DNA of 64,000 bases. Origin: Thermoanaerobaculia bacterium (GTDB lineage: Bacteria; Acidobacteriota; Thermoanaerobaculia; Multivoradales; Multivoraceae). Position 1 is the first letter of the stretch. Each line of letters opens with the position of its first letter. Position numbers and translations under genes: made by a program. The stretch is from positions 2,208,001-2,272,000 of the forward strand of contig OY761158.1 of the NCBI GenBank assembly GCA_963664405.1. Reading direction: 5' to 3'. Shown here piece by piece: positions 17,573 through 27,592 of this stretch. The notes beneath the pieces were generated by a model, which saw only the letters and a list, made by a program, of their open reading frames with translations, did no database searches and had not been told where the DNA came from.

Positions 17573-19815
17573 GGCTGCCACAGGTAGGTGTACTTGACGA
17601 TCAGCTCTCGTCGGAAGGTTTCACGCGCGGAAAAGGTGGGCGCATCCCAATTCTCGTTGTAGACGACGAAGAGATCGGCCCCTGGTTTGTAGATCCAATT
17701 CAGCCGCACATTGAGGCCGACGAGCTCGGCGGCGTCGTTGTACTGGGCGAAAGTGTTGAGGCGCAGATCGGGAGTGAAGGAGAGGTCGAGGCGTAGGCCG
17801 TAGACGTTGGTCCGAAAGTCGCCTTGGGGCAGCTTGACATCGTTGAAGTTCCACTCCAATTCGCTGCGCAGATGCTTCGACGCGCGAAAGACTGTGGTGA
17901 TGCGGGAGCTCTCCCGCTCACCGTCAAAGAAATCGCCGACATTGAACGAGCCCGAGAGCGAGAGGCGGCGCCCCCCGTTGGTGCCACCCCTCATGTACAC
18001 CGAGTCGAACTCGTAGAGCCCCGGCGGGATGACGATTCCTGGCCGGACCTCGAAGGGCTCGAAGAGCTGCTCGGTCTCGCGCGACCACGCGGCTCGAATG
18101 CGGTCGTCTCCCTTGGTGCGTATGCCGAGCGGATTCAATCTGAGTCTGCGGCTCTCGATCTGACCCGTGCTCTCGCGCTCGAAGTACTCGAGATCGGCAT
18201 CGAGAGTCCAACTACGAATGAAACCGCGATTCACCCGCGGCTCGAATCGGACGGTGGGCCTGTAATAGACGAAGTCGGTGCGCTGGAGAAACCCCATGCC
18301 CGGATCGAAGTTCTTTTGCGCCTGAATGATGTCGACACCGCCTCGCATGTTGCGGGCCGTGAATTGGAAGCCCGACCCGAACGAGCCCGAGTCTTCGCTC
18401 CCCTCGTCGCCTTCACTCTCAGCCCCGAAGAGGTAGAGGCTCGACGTCGTCGTCGGCTTGTAGTCGAGGTCGAGGCCAACCAGACGATTGAAGCCGGCGC
18501 CGCTCGGATCGCGCTCGGTGACGATCATACCAACGCTCGAGCGCTCACCGAGGTTGCGCTTGAGGCGGACGACTCCGAACTGCTCGTCGGGCAGAGGGGA
18601 GCGCCCTTCATCGTCTACCGCGTCGGTACTCACACCCAAAATGCCGATATTCCAGGCGCCGACGCGGCCCGTGAGCCGCCCGCCATAGTCGATGGGAACC
18701 TCCTGGCCCTGATCGAGACCGATACGACGCGAGAAGAATGCCTTCATCAGCGGCGGTCGGGTGCCGCCGCCCTGCGGAGAACCGAAGTCGAAGATCCCCG
18801 CGTTCTCGAGAAAGAACTCACGCTTCTCGGGAAAGAACAACGAGAAGCGGGTGATATTGACCTGCTGCTGGTCGACCTCGACCTGGGCGAAGTCGGTGTT
18901 GTAGGTGAGGTCGAGTACCAGGGAGCGGGTCACACCCCACTTGACGTCGAGGCCGGCATCGACCTCGTCGTCGTGTCGCGGCTCGCTCTGCGGCTCCTCG
19001 CCGACCAGTCCGACCACGAAGGGCTTGACCTCGAGCCGTCGGCCTGGCCGCACCTCGCCGATGCCGGTCAGATCACCTGCGAGCGAGACGAAATGAGCCC
19101 CATACAGCCGGGTCGAAATGCGAATGTAGAGCTCGCGCCCGATGGCAGCCCAGTTGCTCTCTTCATTGGTGCGCCGCACCACCCGCCGGATGTTGAGGCC
19201 CCAGGTATCGTCTCCGGGGTTGAAACGAAGGGTGGAAAAGGGAATCGCGACCTCGGCGAACCAGCCGCGGCTGTCTCTGCGCGTCGCGACCGCCCACACT
19301 CCGTCCCACTCGAGGTTGAAGCCCTTCCCCTCATCGGTGATCAAGGCATCGGTGCGAGCCCCGTTGGGGTTGATCTCGAACTGGAAGCTGTTGCGCTGGT
19401 CGTGGAAGGTATCGAGGACGATCGAGATCGCGTCGTCGCGGCGCCCCAGATCGGCATCGCGCTGCATCTCTTTGGCAACGATGGCGTCGGGCTGCGAGTC
19501 GTAGGCCCGGATGCCGAAGTACAAGGTGCTCGGCGTATAGAGAACCGAGAACTCGGTGGGCTCGGCGGCCGGCCGATTGTCTTCGGGCTCCCTGGCTGCG
19601 AAGCCACCGCCGACCTCCGCCTCGGCCCACGCCGCTTCGCTGAGCTCACCGTCGACAGAGATCGCCCGATCGATGGCGAGAGCCGCCAGGCTCGGGCGAG
19701 GGCTCGAGCTGTTCTGCGCCGACAACTGGACAGCGAACAAAGAGACCAGGGCGATCAACGAAACCGAGCAGCAAGAACGGGTGGACAACAACGTGAACCC
19801 TGAGCCCGAAACCAA
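17569..19815 (-). CDS. CBM9-like + DUF5916 outer-membrane protein, paralogue 3
   Basis: Same motifs; start codon uncertain. Confidence 0.85.
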   Translation of the reverse strand: MVSGSGFTLLSTRSCCSVSLIALVSLFAVQLSAQNSSSPRPSLAALAIDRAISVDGELSEAAWAEAEVGGGFAAREPEDNRPAAEPTEFSVLYTPSTLYFGIRAYDSQPDAIVAKEMQRDADLGRRDDAISIVLDTFHDQRNSFQFEINPNGARTDALITDEGKGFNLEWDGVWAVATRRDSRGWFAEVAIPFSTLRFNPGDDTWGLNIRRVVRRTNEESNWAAIGRELYIRISTRLYGAHFVSLAGDLTGIGEVRPGRRLEVKPFVVGLVGEEPQSEPRHDDEVDAGLDVKWGVTRSLVLDLTYNTDFAQVEVDQQQVNITRFSLFFPEKREFFLENAGIFDFGSPQGGGTRPPLMKAFFSRRIGLDQGQEVPIDYGGRLTGRVGAWNIGILGVSTDAVDDEGRSPLPDEQFGVVRLKRNLGERSSVGMIVTERDPSGAGFNRLVGLDLDYKPTTTSSLYLFGAESEGDEGSEDSGSFGSGFQFTARNMRGGVDIIQAQKNFDPGMGFLQRTDFVYYRPTVRFEPRVNRGFIRSWTLDADLEYFERESTGQIESRRLRLNPLGIRTKGDDRIRAAWSRETEQLFEPFEVRPGIVIPPGLYEFDSVYMRGGTNGGRRLSLSGSFNVGDFFDGERESSRITTVFRASKHLRSELEWNFNDVKLPQGDFRTNVYGLRLDLSFTPDLRLNTFAQYNDAAELVGLNVRLNWIYKPGADLFVVYNENWDAPTFSARETFRRELIVKYTYLWQP

Positions 19816-19839
19816 GTGGAAGGGGGTCGTGCTCCCGAT

Positions 19840-21756
19840 CTAGCCAGCGGGAACGAACCAGATGGGAGAAGACCAGGCGCGCTCCTGCAGCGTAGTGTGC
19901 ATATCCGGATTGGGCTCGGCGCCGACCCGCACCGCATCCCAGGTCGACCAGCGGCAGGTCGGATTCTCCAGAACCCTGACGTAGTAGAAGGCTCGCTGCC
20001 CGGCATCGAAGCTCGGATCGGTCCACAGCGCCTCGAGCTCGGCAGCGCCGAGACCCTCGCTGATACTGCAATCGGAGATATCAACGCTGGCGCCGTTGTC
20101 GGGGCAGCGATGGGCGACGGGATCAGGTGCGCCACCGTCGGAGCAAGCGACGTCGAAGACCTGCTCCCGCGCTTTGCCGTCGTCGCCGACCCAGCCCTTG
20201 ATCACCTGGAGGCGCTGCAGCGCCGCGCTATTCGGACTACGGGTCACCGCGGCGAAGAAGCGGGGCGCCCGCTCGCCTTGCGCGGAGAGATCGGCACCCA
20301 TCGGAACGCCCTCGGCATAGGCCTTGGCGATCCGGTTGCGGTCTTCGAGCAGATCGTCGCCATAGTCATAGCCGGCGAAGAAGCGGACGCGCATCCGAGG
20401 TCCGGTGGTAGCGAAGGTCTCCTTGCGCCGGAAGGCTTCGTAGAGAGCATCGCGCGTATTCTCCTCGGCCCACACGCCGACCAGGGCGGCGGCGCTGAAG
20501 AGGTTGCAACCGAGACAGCTCTCGTGCGCGTAGCGCTGACCGTCGGCGTCCCCGGCACCGTCGACCTCGTCGAGTGGCACAGATCCGCGGCCCTGGGGCG
20601 TTGCATCGATGATGCCGACGCTCGAGTGGTAATTCGACTCTTCGACTGCCGTGGTGCCGTTGTGGGTGTCGGTGGAGCCGATGAGCCCGAAGTGAAAAGG
20701 ATTGAATCCCCGCGCCTCCTCCATCTCGATGCCGTCCAGCAAGGCGCCACGCACGTAGCTGTCGACAGGATCGCTGGCAACCAGAGTGCCGATACGGTAG
20801 GGATAGATCTCGAAATCCGCCCACTCGTCGTTGGGTGACAGCAAGGGATGGGTGTCAGAGGTCCCCTTGTGCTGAGTGATTTCCACCAGCGGCTCGTTAC
20901 GCATTCGAGTCTCGGCGTAGGCCGCGTCGAGGGGCTTGCCGTCAAAGGTCTCGAGCTTGAACATCTGTCCGTTCGAACCGTTGGAGTTGTGAGGAATGGC
21001 CAGCGCCTCTACGCCCTCGTCTCGAAGGCCATCCATCCACGCCCATAGGTCCTCCGGATTCGGGGAGTCGAGGCGGCTGAAGGGGAGATCGGGCGCCTCG
21101 CTGCCGCGAAAGATCACGTTGCGGTGGAGGTTCTGGCCCTCTGGGCTGGTGGTGTACTCGTAGGCGATAAAGGTCGTGAACTTACCAGGCTCGTTGTGCC
21201 GCTCGGCGGCCGCAACATTCTCCTTCCAGGCCGAGCGCACGACGTCCAGGTCGAGGATACCGACGTGGCCTTCTTCACTCATGTACGGCCGGATACCCTG
21301 AAACGCCGCCAGCTTCTCGGCGGCAGTCTCGGCAGTGACGAAGGACTCGGCGATATCGAGCTTCGACACCTCGGTCGTCGGGTCCGCCATAGCCGGCAGC
21401 ATGCCGAGGAAAACGGCGTGATCGGTCACGGCGTAGAAGTCGAGCGGCCCGTCTCCTAGCCGCACTTCGAAGCCCAGAGGATGGACCAGCGCCGCCCCCT
21501 TGGCGTAGCGGTAGGCGTCGTCGGGTGTCGCCGTCGTGCCGATGATGAAAGCGTCGAAAGAGTTGCGGGTATGAATGTGAAGATCGCCGAAGTAGGCATT
21601 GCGAAGAGGGTTGGGCGGTGAGGGAGCTGAGGTTTCCGATACGGCTTGCCCTCCCTCGAGTTCGGTCGACTGGGCTCCGGGGTCGCCGGGGGAACAAGCG
21701 ACGCCAATCGCCAGAGCGACAAGCATCATGTGTGCAGGACCGAAACGGACGAGCAT
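19840..21756 (-). CDS. DUF3604 (PHP-like metal-binding) lipoprotein
   Basis: Lipobox GVAC; YFGDLHIHT, AVTDH, NLHRNVIFR, IPHNSN, STDTH, QERAWSSPIW. Confidence 0.88.
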   Translation of the reverse strand: MLVRFGPAHMMLVALAIGVACSPGDPGAQSTELEGGQAVSETSAPSPPNPLRNAYFGDLHIHTRNSFDAFIIGTTATPDDAYRYAKGAALVHPLGFEVRLGDGPLDFYAVTDHAVFLGMLPAMADPTTEVSKLDIAESFVTAETAAEKLAAFQGIRPYMSEEGHVGILDLDVVRSAWKENVAAAERHNEPGKFTTFIAYEYTTSPEGQNLHRNVIFRGSEAPDLPFSRLDSPNPEDLWAWMDGLRDEGVEALAIPHNSNGSNGQMFKLETFDGKPLDAAYAETRMRNEPLVEITQHKGTSDTHPLLSPNDEWADFEIYPYRIGTLVASDPVDSYVRGALLDGIEMEEARGFNPFHFGLIGSTDTHNGTTAVEESNYHSSVGIIDATPQGRGSVPLDEVDGAGDADGQRYAHESCLGCNLFSAAALVGVWAEENTRDALYEAFRRKETFATTGPRMRVRFFAGYDYGDDLLEDRNRIAKAYAEGVPMGADLSAQGERAPRFFAAVTRSPNSAALQRLQVIKGWVGDDGKAREQVFDVACSDGGAPDPVAHRCPDNGASVDISDCSISEGLGAAELEALWTDPSFDAGQRAFYYVRVLENPTCRWSTWDAVRVGAEPNPDMHTTLQERAWSSPIWFVPAG

Positions 21757-21894
21757 GGTCGATCTCCTCCTCGAAACAGCATACCGGTGGCTGAGATCGA
21801 AGGCTATCTCACAGCGAACGGCGGAAGCAGAGACGATAGCGAGCAGGAGTAGAGCAGAGAGGCTCCCATTCACGAAAGCCATGGCGCTGGCCCT

Positions 21895-22203
21895 TCAGCC
21901 TGCTAACAGCCACCACCACAGCGCTGCCATGCACGTCAACGGTACGAGCACAAGCAGAGCAACAAAGGTAAAGCCGAGCGCCCAACTGCGACGGAAGCCG
22001 GCCTCCACAGACCTTCCCAGACGACGAGACCTGGGAAACCAGAGGGTCTCGGCGGAAGCTGCCATCCCCGGAAACATCCGCCGTAGAAGCGGGTACGGTG
22101 GGGCTCCGCCACCGGCAGATGCGATCAACAGCCAGCTGTAGACGAGGGCGTAGCCCAGATACCAGACAAGATAGGCAGTGAGGAGGGCTAACAGGATCAG
22201 CAA
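21895..22203 (-). CDS. Small membrane hypothetical protein
   Basis: Two hydrophobic segments; fills the gap co-directionally; GGAGG upstream. Confidence 0.5.
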   Translation of the reverse strand: MLILLALLTAYLVWYLGYALVYSWLLIASAGGGAPPYPLLRRMFPGMAASAETLWFPRSRRLGRSVEAGFRRSWALGFTFVALLVLVPLTCMAALWWWLLAG

Positions 22204-22314
22204 TATACTACCTCCGCCTCACCCAACTCGACGGAGGCCGCGCCTGATCCAGCCCCTTCTGGGTTGGCCGCAAGTCGAGCGGGGCGCATTAGCCCCGCCC
22301 GACACGGCAGGACG

Positions 22315-23110
22315 TTACTGCGTCGGAATGTTGCTCAGCTCCGGCACATAGGCGAACAGCTGCGCCGAGGCAGTCGCCAGCTCGGAAGCCTTGTCCCCCA
22401 GCTGGGCCGCCCCTTGTAGACCGAAGGCATCGATCGAGACTTCGCGAGGCGTCGCCATACCGTCCATGTCGCCCCACTTGGACAGCGAGATGAAGAAGGA
22501 GTATTCGAAATCCTCGCCGCCGACGACCGTGTTGTAGCCGACACTAGCGGGTGCCTTGGGATTCTCGCGGGTCGCGCCGACATACTTGGCAGCAACCTGG
22601 TTGAACTCGGCCACGCTTTCTGCAGGGATCTGGTAACCGACATGCAGCACCATCGGAGGAGGCGCCATCGCTGGCTGCGACGGCATCTTGCTCAACTGCG
22701 GCATGAACTTGAGGACACGCGTGGTGGAGTCGGCACTCGAGGTCAGCGACTCCAAGACCTGGCCGCCTTTCTCGGGGCCAAGCTCCGCGATCAGAAGCCC
22801 CGGCAAGTCCAGATTGTCCATCTCCCCGAGACTCTGCATGGCGATGAAGTGGTTGTACACAGCTCCCTCGCCGGTCACGTTGACGAAGGTGGCAAAGTTG
22901 GAACCGTTCTCGCTGCTCTTGTTCGCCGCGACGACCTGAGCTATAGCCAGCGCATAGGTCGAGCCCATGCCGGGCTTGATCTCAGAGCTCACGACATAGA
23001 AAAAGGGGAATGCCCCACCGTCCTGGGCCAGGGACGGGGCAACTGCACCCAAAGCGAGTGCAAAGAACGCGACCGAGATCACTAACTGCTGCAAAAAACC
23101 TCTTTCTCAT
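22315..23110 (-). CDS. Secreted hypothetical protein with two similar halves (probable frameshift in a T-run near the start)
   Basis: Signal peptide; YNHFIAMQSLGEMD vs YSFFISLSKWGDMD; ATG 23110 (MRKRF) joins the ORF if the T6 run is T5. Confidence 0.65.
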
Positions 23111-23303
23111 CTCATCATCCTTTCCATCCCTCGCAGGACGCGTTTTCAAAGAAAACAAAACACACGAGCACACCGAGAGCGCTCGCTCCCCCCAAAAATA
23201 GCCAATTTGAGCACCTGAAAGCTCCCCCATGGTGCAGCCCACGAGGGCGGAAGTCAAGCTCGTGCGGAGTGCCTGCTATCTAAGGACCTGGGAGGCGCTA
23301 TCG

Positions 23304-24272
23304 CTAAGGACGCAGACGACCGATCGCCTCACCCAGCCGCAGTGGACTCCCCAGCAGATGAAAATCGATCTCGATCTCGCCAGGCGGCGTCAGCATCACG
23401 ATCGTCGAGCCGAACTCGAAATAGCCCCACTCCTCGCCGCGATCGAAAGTCGGACCGCCTTCGCCGAGGTCGCGGCGAGCAGCAACAGCGCCGCTTTCGT
23501 TGGTCGTCATTTCATCGAAGCCGAGGCGAACACTACCGACCATGGTTGCGCCGACGGCAACGAGAGCGATCGAGCTTTCCTCGGGCCGCGCGCGCTCCTT
23601 CCCTGGGCTGTCCGAGACCAGTTCCAAGTACGCACAGATCCGCTCATTGCGGGCAAAAAGGGCATCAATTCCCCGCAAGCCGATCGAGTTGACCGGCCAC
23701 AGAGCGCCCGGGTGGTAGTCGAGTCGTGTGAAACGACCGGCGGTCGGGGTGTGGAAACGATGGTAGTGGCGCGGAGAAAGATAGAAGGTCGCATAGCAGC
23801 CGCCCTCGTAGGCAGCCGCCATCCTCTCGTCTCTGAGCAGATCCGCAACACGATACCTGCGCCCCTTCACCTGAAGCATCGTTCCCGACTCGATTCGACC
23901 CGACTCCCCCCAGGTGCCATCGCAGGGCGCGACAAGGCAGTTCCGGTCGCCCTCGATCGGTCGCACTCCAGCGCGCAAGGCACGAGTAAAGAAGTGCTGA
24001 AGCGACGCGAATGCCTCGATCCCGTCTCGCATCTCCGAGAGATCCACTCCCGCCAGCCGCGCGAACAGGCGAATCTCGCCACGCTGAAGCGGCCCGGGCA
24101 GTGGAATAGAAACCAACCGCCCTATCAATCGGGACATCGCGTTCTTGGGGAGCAGGTGAAGCAGAACCAACAGAGCACGGCCAGCACCCCGCAACGGAGT
24201 TGGCTGGCTCGAAGAGCTCGTTGGCTTTAGGTCCTCGCCCAGGTCGGTCGTTCGAGGGGTACCGTCTTCCAT
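23304..24272 (-). CDS. psd: Phosphatidylserine decarboxylase proenzyme
   Basis: FFTRAL, APCDG, FYLSPRHYHRFHTP, LFARNER, VGATMVGS, FEFGST cleavage motif. Confidence 0.95.
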   Translation of the reverse strand: MEDGTPRTTDLGEDLKPTSSSSQPTPLRGAGRALLVLLHLLPKNAMSRLIGRLVSIPLPGPLQRGEIRLFARLAGVDLSEMRDGIEAFASLQHFFTRALRAGVRPIEGDRNCLVAPCDGTWGESGRIESGTMLQVKGRRYRVADLLRDERMAAAYEGGCYATFYLSPRHYHRFHTPTAGRFTRLDYHPGALWPVNSIGLRGIDALFARNERICAYLELVSDSPGKERARPEESSIALVAVGATMVGSVRLGFDEMTTNESGAVAARRDLGEGGPTFDRGEEWGYFEFGSTIVMLTPPGEIEIDFHLLGSPLRLGEAIGRLRP

Positions 24273-24287
24273 CTCTCGCCCCTGATA

Positions 24288-24453
24288 CTAGACCAGCGTT
24301 TCCAAAGTTCGCGCCACCTATCTCGGCCCCTTCTGCCCGCTGGCAGCGTTGCACCTCCTCGACAGATTCCCAATATGCCTGCGTCGGCGCGCCTTGCCAG
24401 CGAACAGAATGACCTCGAGCTATGCGACTCGAACTTCGGAAACGCTGGTCTAG
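24288..24453. mobile_element. MITE family A, intact 166-bp copy
   Basis: ctagaccagcgtttccaaagttcg ... cgaacttcggaaacgctggtctag. Confidence 0.9.
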
Positions 24454-24496
24454 CGAAGCGGCAAGATGGCTGGAGCAGCGTGTCGAAGGAGCCGCT

Positions 24497-25390
24497 TCAG
24501 AACTTTCCGCTTGGCGCCAAGCGGCCAAGGAGCTCGAGATCGGGACCACGCTGGCCGGCCTGAAGAGCCTGGACACAGACGTGGTCCGCGCCGGCCGCAT
24601 AGTGGGCGTCGATCCGGTCGTGGATCGCGCTTTCGTCACCCCAGGCAACCAGCGCATCCACGAGGTGGTCGCTCTTGGCGTCCATCTCTTCGGTGGTGAA
24701 GCCGAGGCGCTCGAGATTGTTGCGATAGCCCGGTGCGGTGAGGTACGAGGAGATCGCCTTGCGTCCCACTTCGCGAGCCACGGCGGCATCCGACTCCAGT
24801 AGAACCATCTGCTCGGTGCACAGCCAGGGCCCTTCCCCCAGAATGCCGCGCGCAAGAGCCGTGTGCTCGGGCGGCACGAGAAAGGGGATCGCTCCACGCG
24901 TACGCTTCGCCGCTAGGCCGAGCATGAGGGGGCCCAGCGAGCCGAGAACGATCGGAGCGTCGTGCTCCGGCTCGGCGCCGCGGTAGAGAGCCTTCTCCAT
25001 CGCTTCCAGATAGCCGCGCATCGCCGGCAGCGGCTTTTTGTACTCGTGTCCGCGAACGCCTGAGACGAGAACCGGACTCGACACTCCTAGCCCGAGGATG
25101 AAACGTCCTGGCGCCGCAAGGGCCATCGTCTTCGCCCCCGAGTTCATAGTCAGCGCGTCACGAGCGTAAATGTTGGCAATGCCTGTCGCCAAGATCAGAC
25201 GCTCGGTGCGAGCGGCGAGATATCCCAGCTGAACGAAGGGGTCGCCGCCCACTGCCTCGGGCAGCCACAGGGTGCTGTAGCCACCCTTCTCGATACGGCC
25301 CGCCAGAGTCGCGAGGTCTTCCGGGGACAGCGTTCCCCCACCGAGAAAGACGCCAAGGCGGCCGGGATGCTCTGGTGCTGTACTCATCAT
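24497..25390 (-). CDS. LLM-class (luciferase-like, probably F420-dependent) oxidoreductase
   Basis: LWLPEAVGGDPF, LATGIANIYARD, GRFILGLGVS, AGADHVCVQ; start at ATG 25390 after GGAGG. Confidence 0.88.
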   Translation of the reverse strand: MMSTAPEHPGRLGVFLGGGTLSPEDLATLAGRIEKGGYSTLWLPEAVGGDPFVQLGYLAARTERLILATGIANIYARDALTMNSGAKTMALAAPGRFILGLGVSSPVLVSGVRGHEYKKPLPAMRGYLEAMEKALYRGAEPEHDAPIVLGSLGPLMLGLAAKRTRGAIPFLVPPEHTALARGILGEGPWLCTEQMVLLESDAAVAREVGRKAISSYLTAPGYRNNLERLGFTTEEMDAKSDHLVDALVAWGDESAIHDRIDAHYAAGADHVCVQALQAGQRGPDLELLGRLAPSGKF

Positions 25391-25508
25391 GTCCTCCCGT
25401 TTCAGCGCAGCAGATCTACCGATGAGGGCCGACTTTACGACGCGAGTACGGCCTTGAACAAGGCCGCTTCGACGAGCCTCAGCGGGCCCCAAGCGTGGCC
25501 GTCGTAGA

Positions 25509-26624
25509 ATGGTCGCACTCGCGCGGGCAACCGCGACCGAAATGCCAAATACCTCTCCTATTCCCGAAAACATGATCCAAGAGATGCCGGACGACGGCGT
25601 CATCGAGGCGATCGAGAGCTGCTTCGACGCCGGCTGGACCGACGGTCTGCCTGTCGTACCGCCCTCGAGGCCGGCTGTCGAGGCGATGCTCGCGGCGGGC
25701 CCATGGAAGGCGGACGAGATTCTGCTCGTCGAGCCGGTCCGCGACCGCCAGGTCTCGGCACTCAAGATCGCAGCGAACGCGGTCATGGCGGGCTGTCGCC
25801 CCGAATATTTCCCTGTCGTCGGCGCCGTTTTCCAGGCGATGAGCGACCCCAGATTCAACTTGCATATGCCCGCCACTTCGACCGGGGGGGCCGCCATCGT
25901 CACCGTGGTCAACGGCCCGATCCGCGATCGACTCGCCATTCACTACAAAGAGAATCTTCTCGGCCCCGGCTTTCGTGCCAATGCCACGATCGGTCGCTGC
26001 GTTCGGCTCGTCCTCCGCAACTGCCTCAGCGTCATCCCCGGCACCCTCGACAAGTCCACTCAGGGCTGGCCCGGCAAATACTCCTGCTGTTTCGGCGAGG
26101 ACGAGAGCGCGAGCCCCTGGGAGCCCTTCCACGTCGCCAACGGCTTTGAGGCGGAACAGTCGACGGTCACCATCTTCGCGGGTGAGGGCTGTCACAACCT
26201 CCTCAACCACGGCTCGGCGGACGCCGAGGGCCTACTGATGACTTTCGCCGACAGCATGGCTGCGGCGGGCTCCTTCAGCCCCGGGCCTTCGCTCATCGTG
26301 GTCGCTCCGGAGCATGCCAAGAAGCTCGAGGACTGGGATCGCACGCAAGTTCAGGAGTTTCTCTACGAAAACGCCTGTAGAACCCTCGCCGACTTGAAGA
26401 GGCTGGGCAAGTGCGAGGCCGACGACGGAGCCGCCACCTACTGGGTGCGCTCCGGCCTGACGCCCCTCCCCGGAGATGAAGAAAAGATCATTCACCGTGG
26501 CCAGTCGCCCGAAGACATCTACCTCTTCGTCGGTGGTGGCGACGCGGGCGGTCATTCCGCCTTCTTCCCCAGCTGGAGTCGAGGCCCCAGCGTGCCTGCC
26601 ATCACCTACCCCATTCCCGGCTGA
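25509..26624 (+). CDS. Conserved protein typically linked to UGSC selenoproteins
   Basis: GWTDGLPVVPP, IAANAVMAGCRPEYFPVV, RANATIGR, CFGEDE; directly upstream of UGSC gene. Confidence 0.75.
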   Translation: MVALARATATEMPNTSPIPENMIQEMPDDGVIEAIESCFDAGWTDGLPVVPPSRPAVEAMLAAGPWKADEILLVEPVRDRQVSALKIAANAVMAGCRPEYFPVVGAVFQAMSDPRFNLHMPATSTGGAAIVTVVNGPIRDRLAIHYKENLLGPGFRANATIGRCVRLVLRNCLSVIPGTLDKSTQGWPGKYSCCFGEDESASPWEPFHVANGFEAEQSTVTIFAGEGCHNLLNHGSADAEGLLMTFADSMAAAGSFSPGPSLIVVAPEHAKKLEDWDRTQVQEFLYENACRTLADLKRLGKCEADDGAATYWVRSGLTPLPGDEEKIIHRGQSPEDIYLFVGGGDAGGHSAFFPSWSRGPSVPAITYPIPG

Positions 26625-26655
26625 TTGCTCTTCGTTGAGCCCAAGGAGTCCGAAC

Positions 26656-27498
26656 ATGCCCCTTCAACTCGTCGACCCCACCATCTCGACCTCCGATCAT
26701 GTCGTTCCATGTGCGACACGACTTCAGAGCCTCGACGGCGTTGTGATCGGGCTGCTCAATAACGGCAAGACCCATGGCCAGCAGATCCTCGCTCGTATCG
26801 CCGAGAACCTGGGGCGCAAGTACAAAATCGCCGGCACCCTACCGCTGCGCAAGAGCACGGTGAGCATGCCGCTTCCGGAAGACGAAATGGATTCTTTTGC
26901 AGAGGAGTGCGGTGCCGTCCTCGCCGCCGTCGGCGACTGAGGGTCTTGCTCGTCGGGCAGTTTGCTCGACGCAATCCTCTCCGAGAAGCGCTCGATTCCG
27001 GCCGCCGCGATCCTCACCCGGCCCTTCATACCCACGGCTCTGGCTCTTTCTTCGATCCAGAATATGCCGGGCTACCCCTTCGTCGTGCTGCCCCACCCGG
27101 TCACCAGCCTCACCGCCGAAGAAGCCCTGGCAAGGGCCGATGCGGCGACTCCCTACATCGAGGCGCTGCTAGTCGAAGGTGTGGCACGACCGGAAAACGA
27201 CGAGATCAGAATCGAGGGTGCCGCAGAGACTTCTTCGGCATCGGACCTCGCCAAGCTACGCGAGCTCACCGAGGAGCTAGCCGAGCCGCTTCGCGCCGAC
27301 GGTGCCGATCTGAGCGCCCGTCTGAGCGCCCCCGCCGAGCTGACCTTTGCCCTCCGCACCAGCGGTGCCACCTGCGAAGAGTGCGTAATGCCGGGAGCGC
27401 ATCTGCTCGAGATCTATCGCAACCGCACACGCCACGTATTCGGCGACTCGTGGACAGTTCGTCTGGAAGACCCTCGCGAAGAGCAGGTGCTGCGCTAA
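26656..27498 (+). CDS. UGSC-family selenoprotein (TGA 26938-26940 read as Sec) with C-terminal NifU-like CxxC domain
   Basis: In-frame AVGD-TGA-GSCSSG; LNNGK, VVLPHP; C-terminus PLRADGAD...GATCEECVMP; AAGGAG upstream of ATG. Confidence 0.88.
26951..26971 (+). promoter_or_regulatory. Candidate bacterial SECIS hairpin
   Basis: cgtcgggca-GTT-tgctcgacg 9-bp stem (one G-U); loop G 20 nt after TGA. Confidence 0.72.
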
Positions 27499-27592
27499 AT
27501 CAACGGCCCGGGAGCTCGAATCCCGCTCCCGGCGAAGTTGACACACCGTTGCAAACTTCGTTCTAGGCTGTTCCGATCGAGGAGGAAACAAA

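Noticed and set aside
12832-19803. Long plus-strand ORFs (690, 410, 659 aa)
   Set aside because: Antisense to DUF5916 genes, no motifs
25391-25939. N-terminal extension of the LLM oxidoreductase ORF (similarly 35848-36039, 14761-14982, 62953-63201)
   Set aside because: Overlap better-supported genes or repeats; internal starts fit family boundaries
27538-27569. TTGACA...TAGGCT sigma70-like promoter
   Set aside because: 20-nt spacing is too long to call
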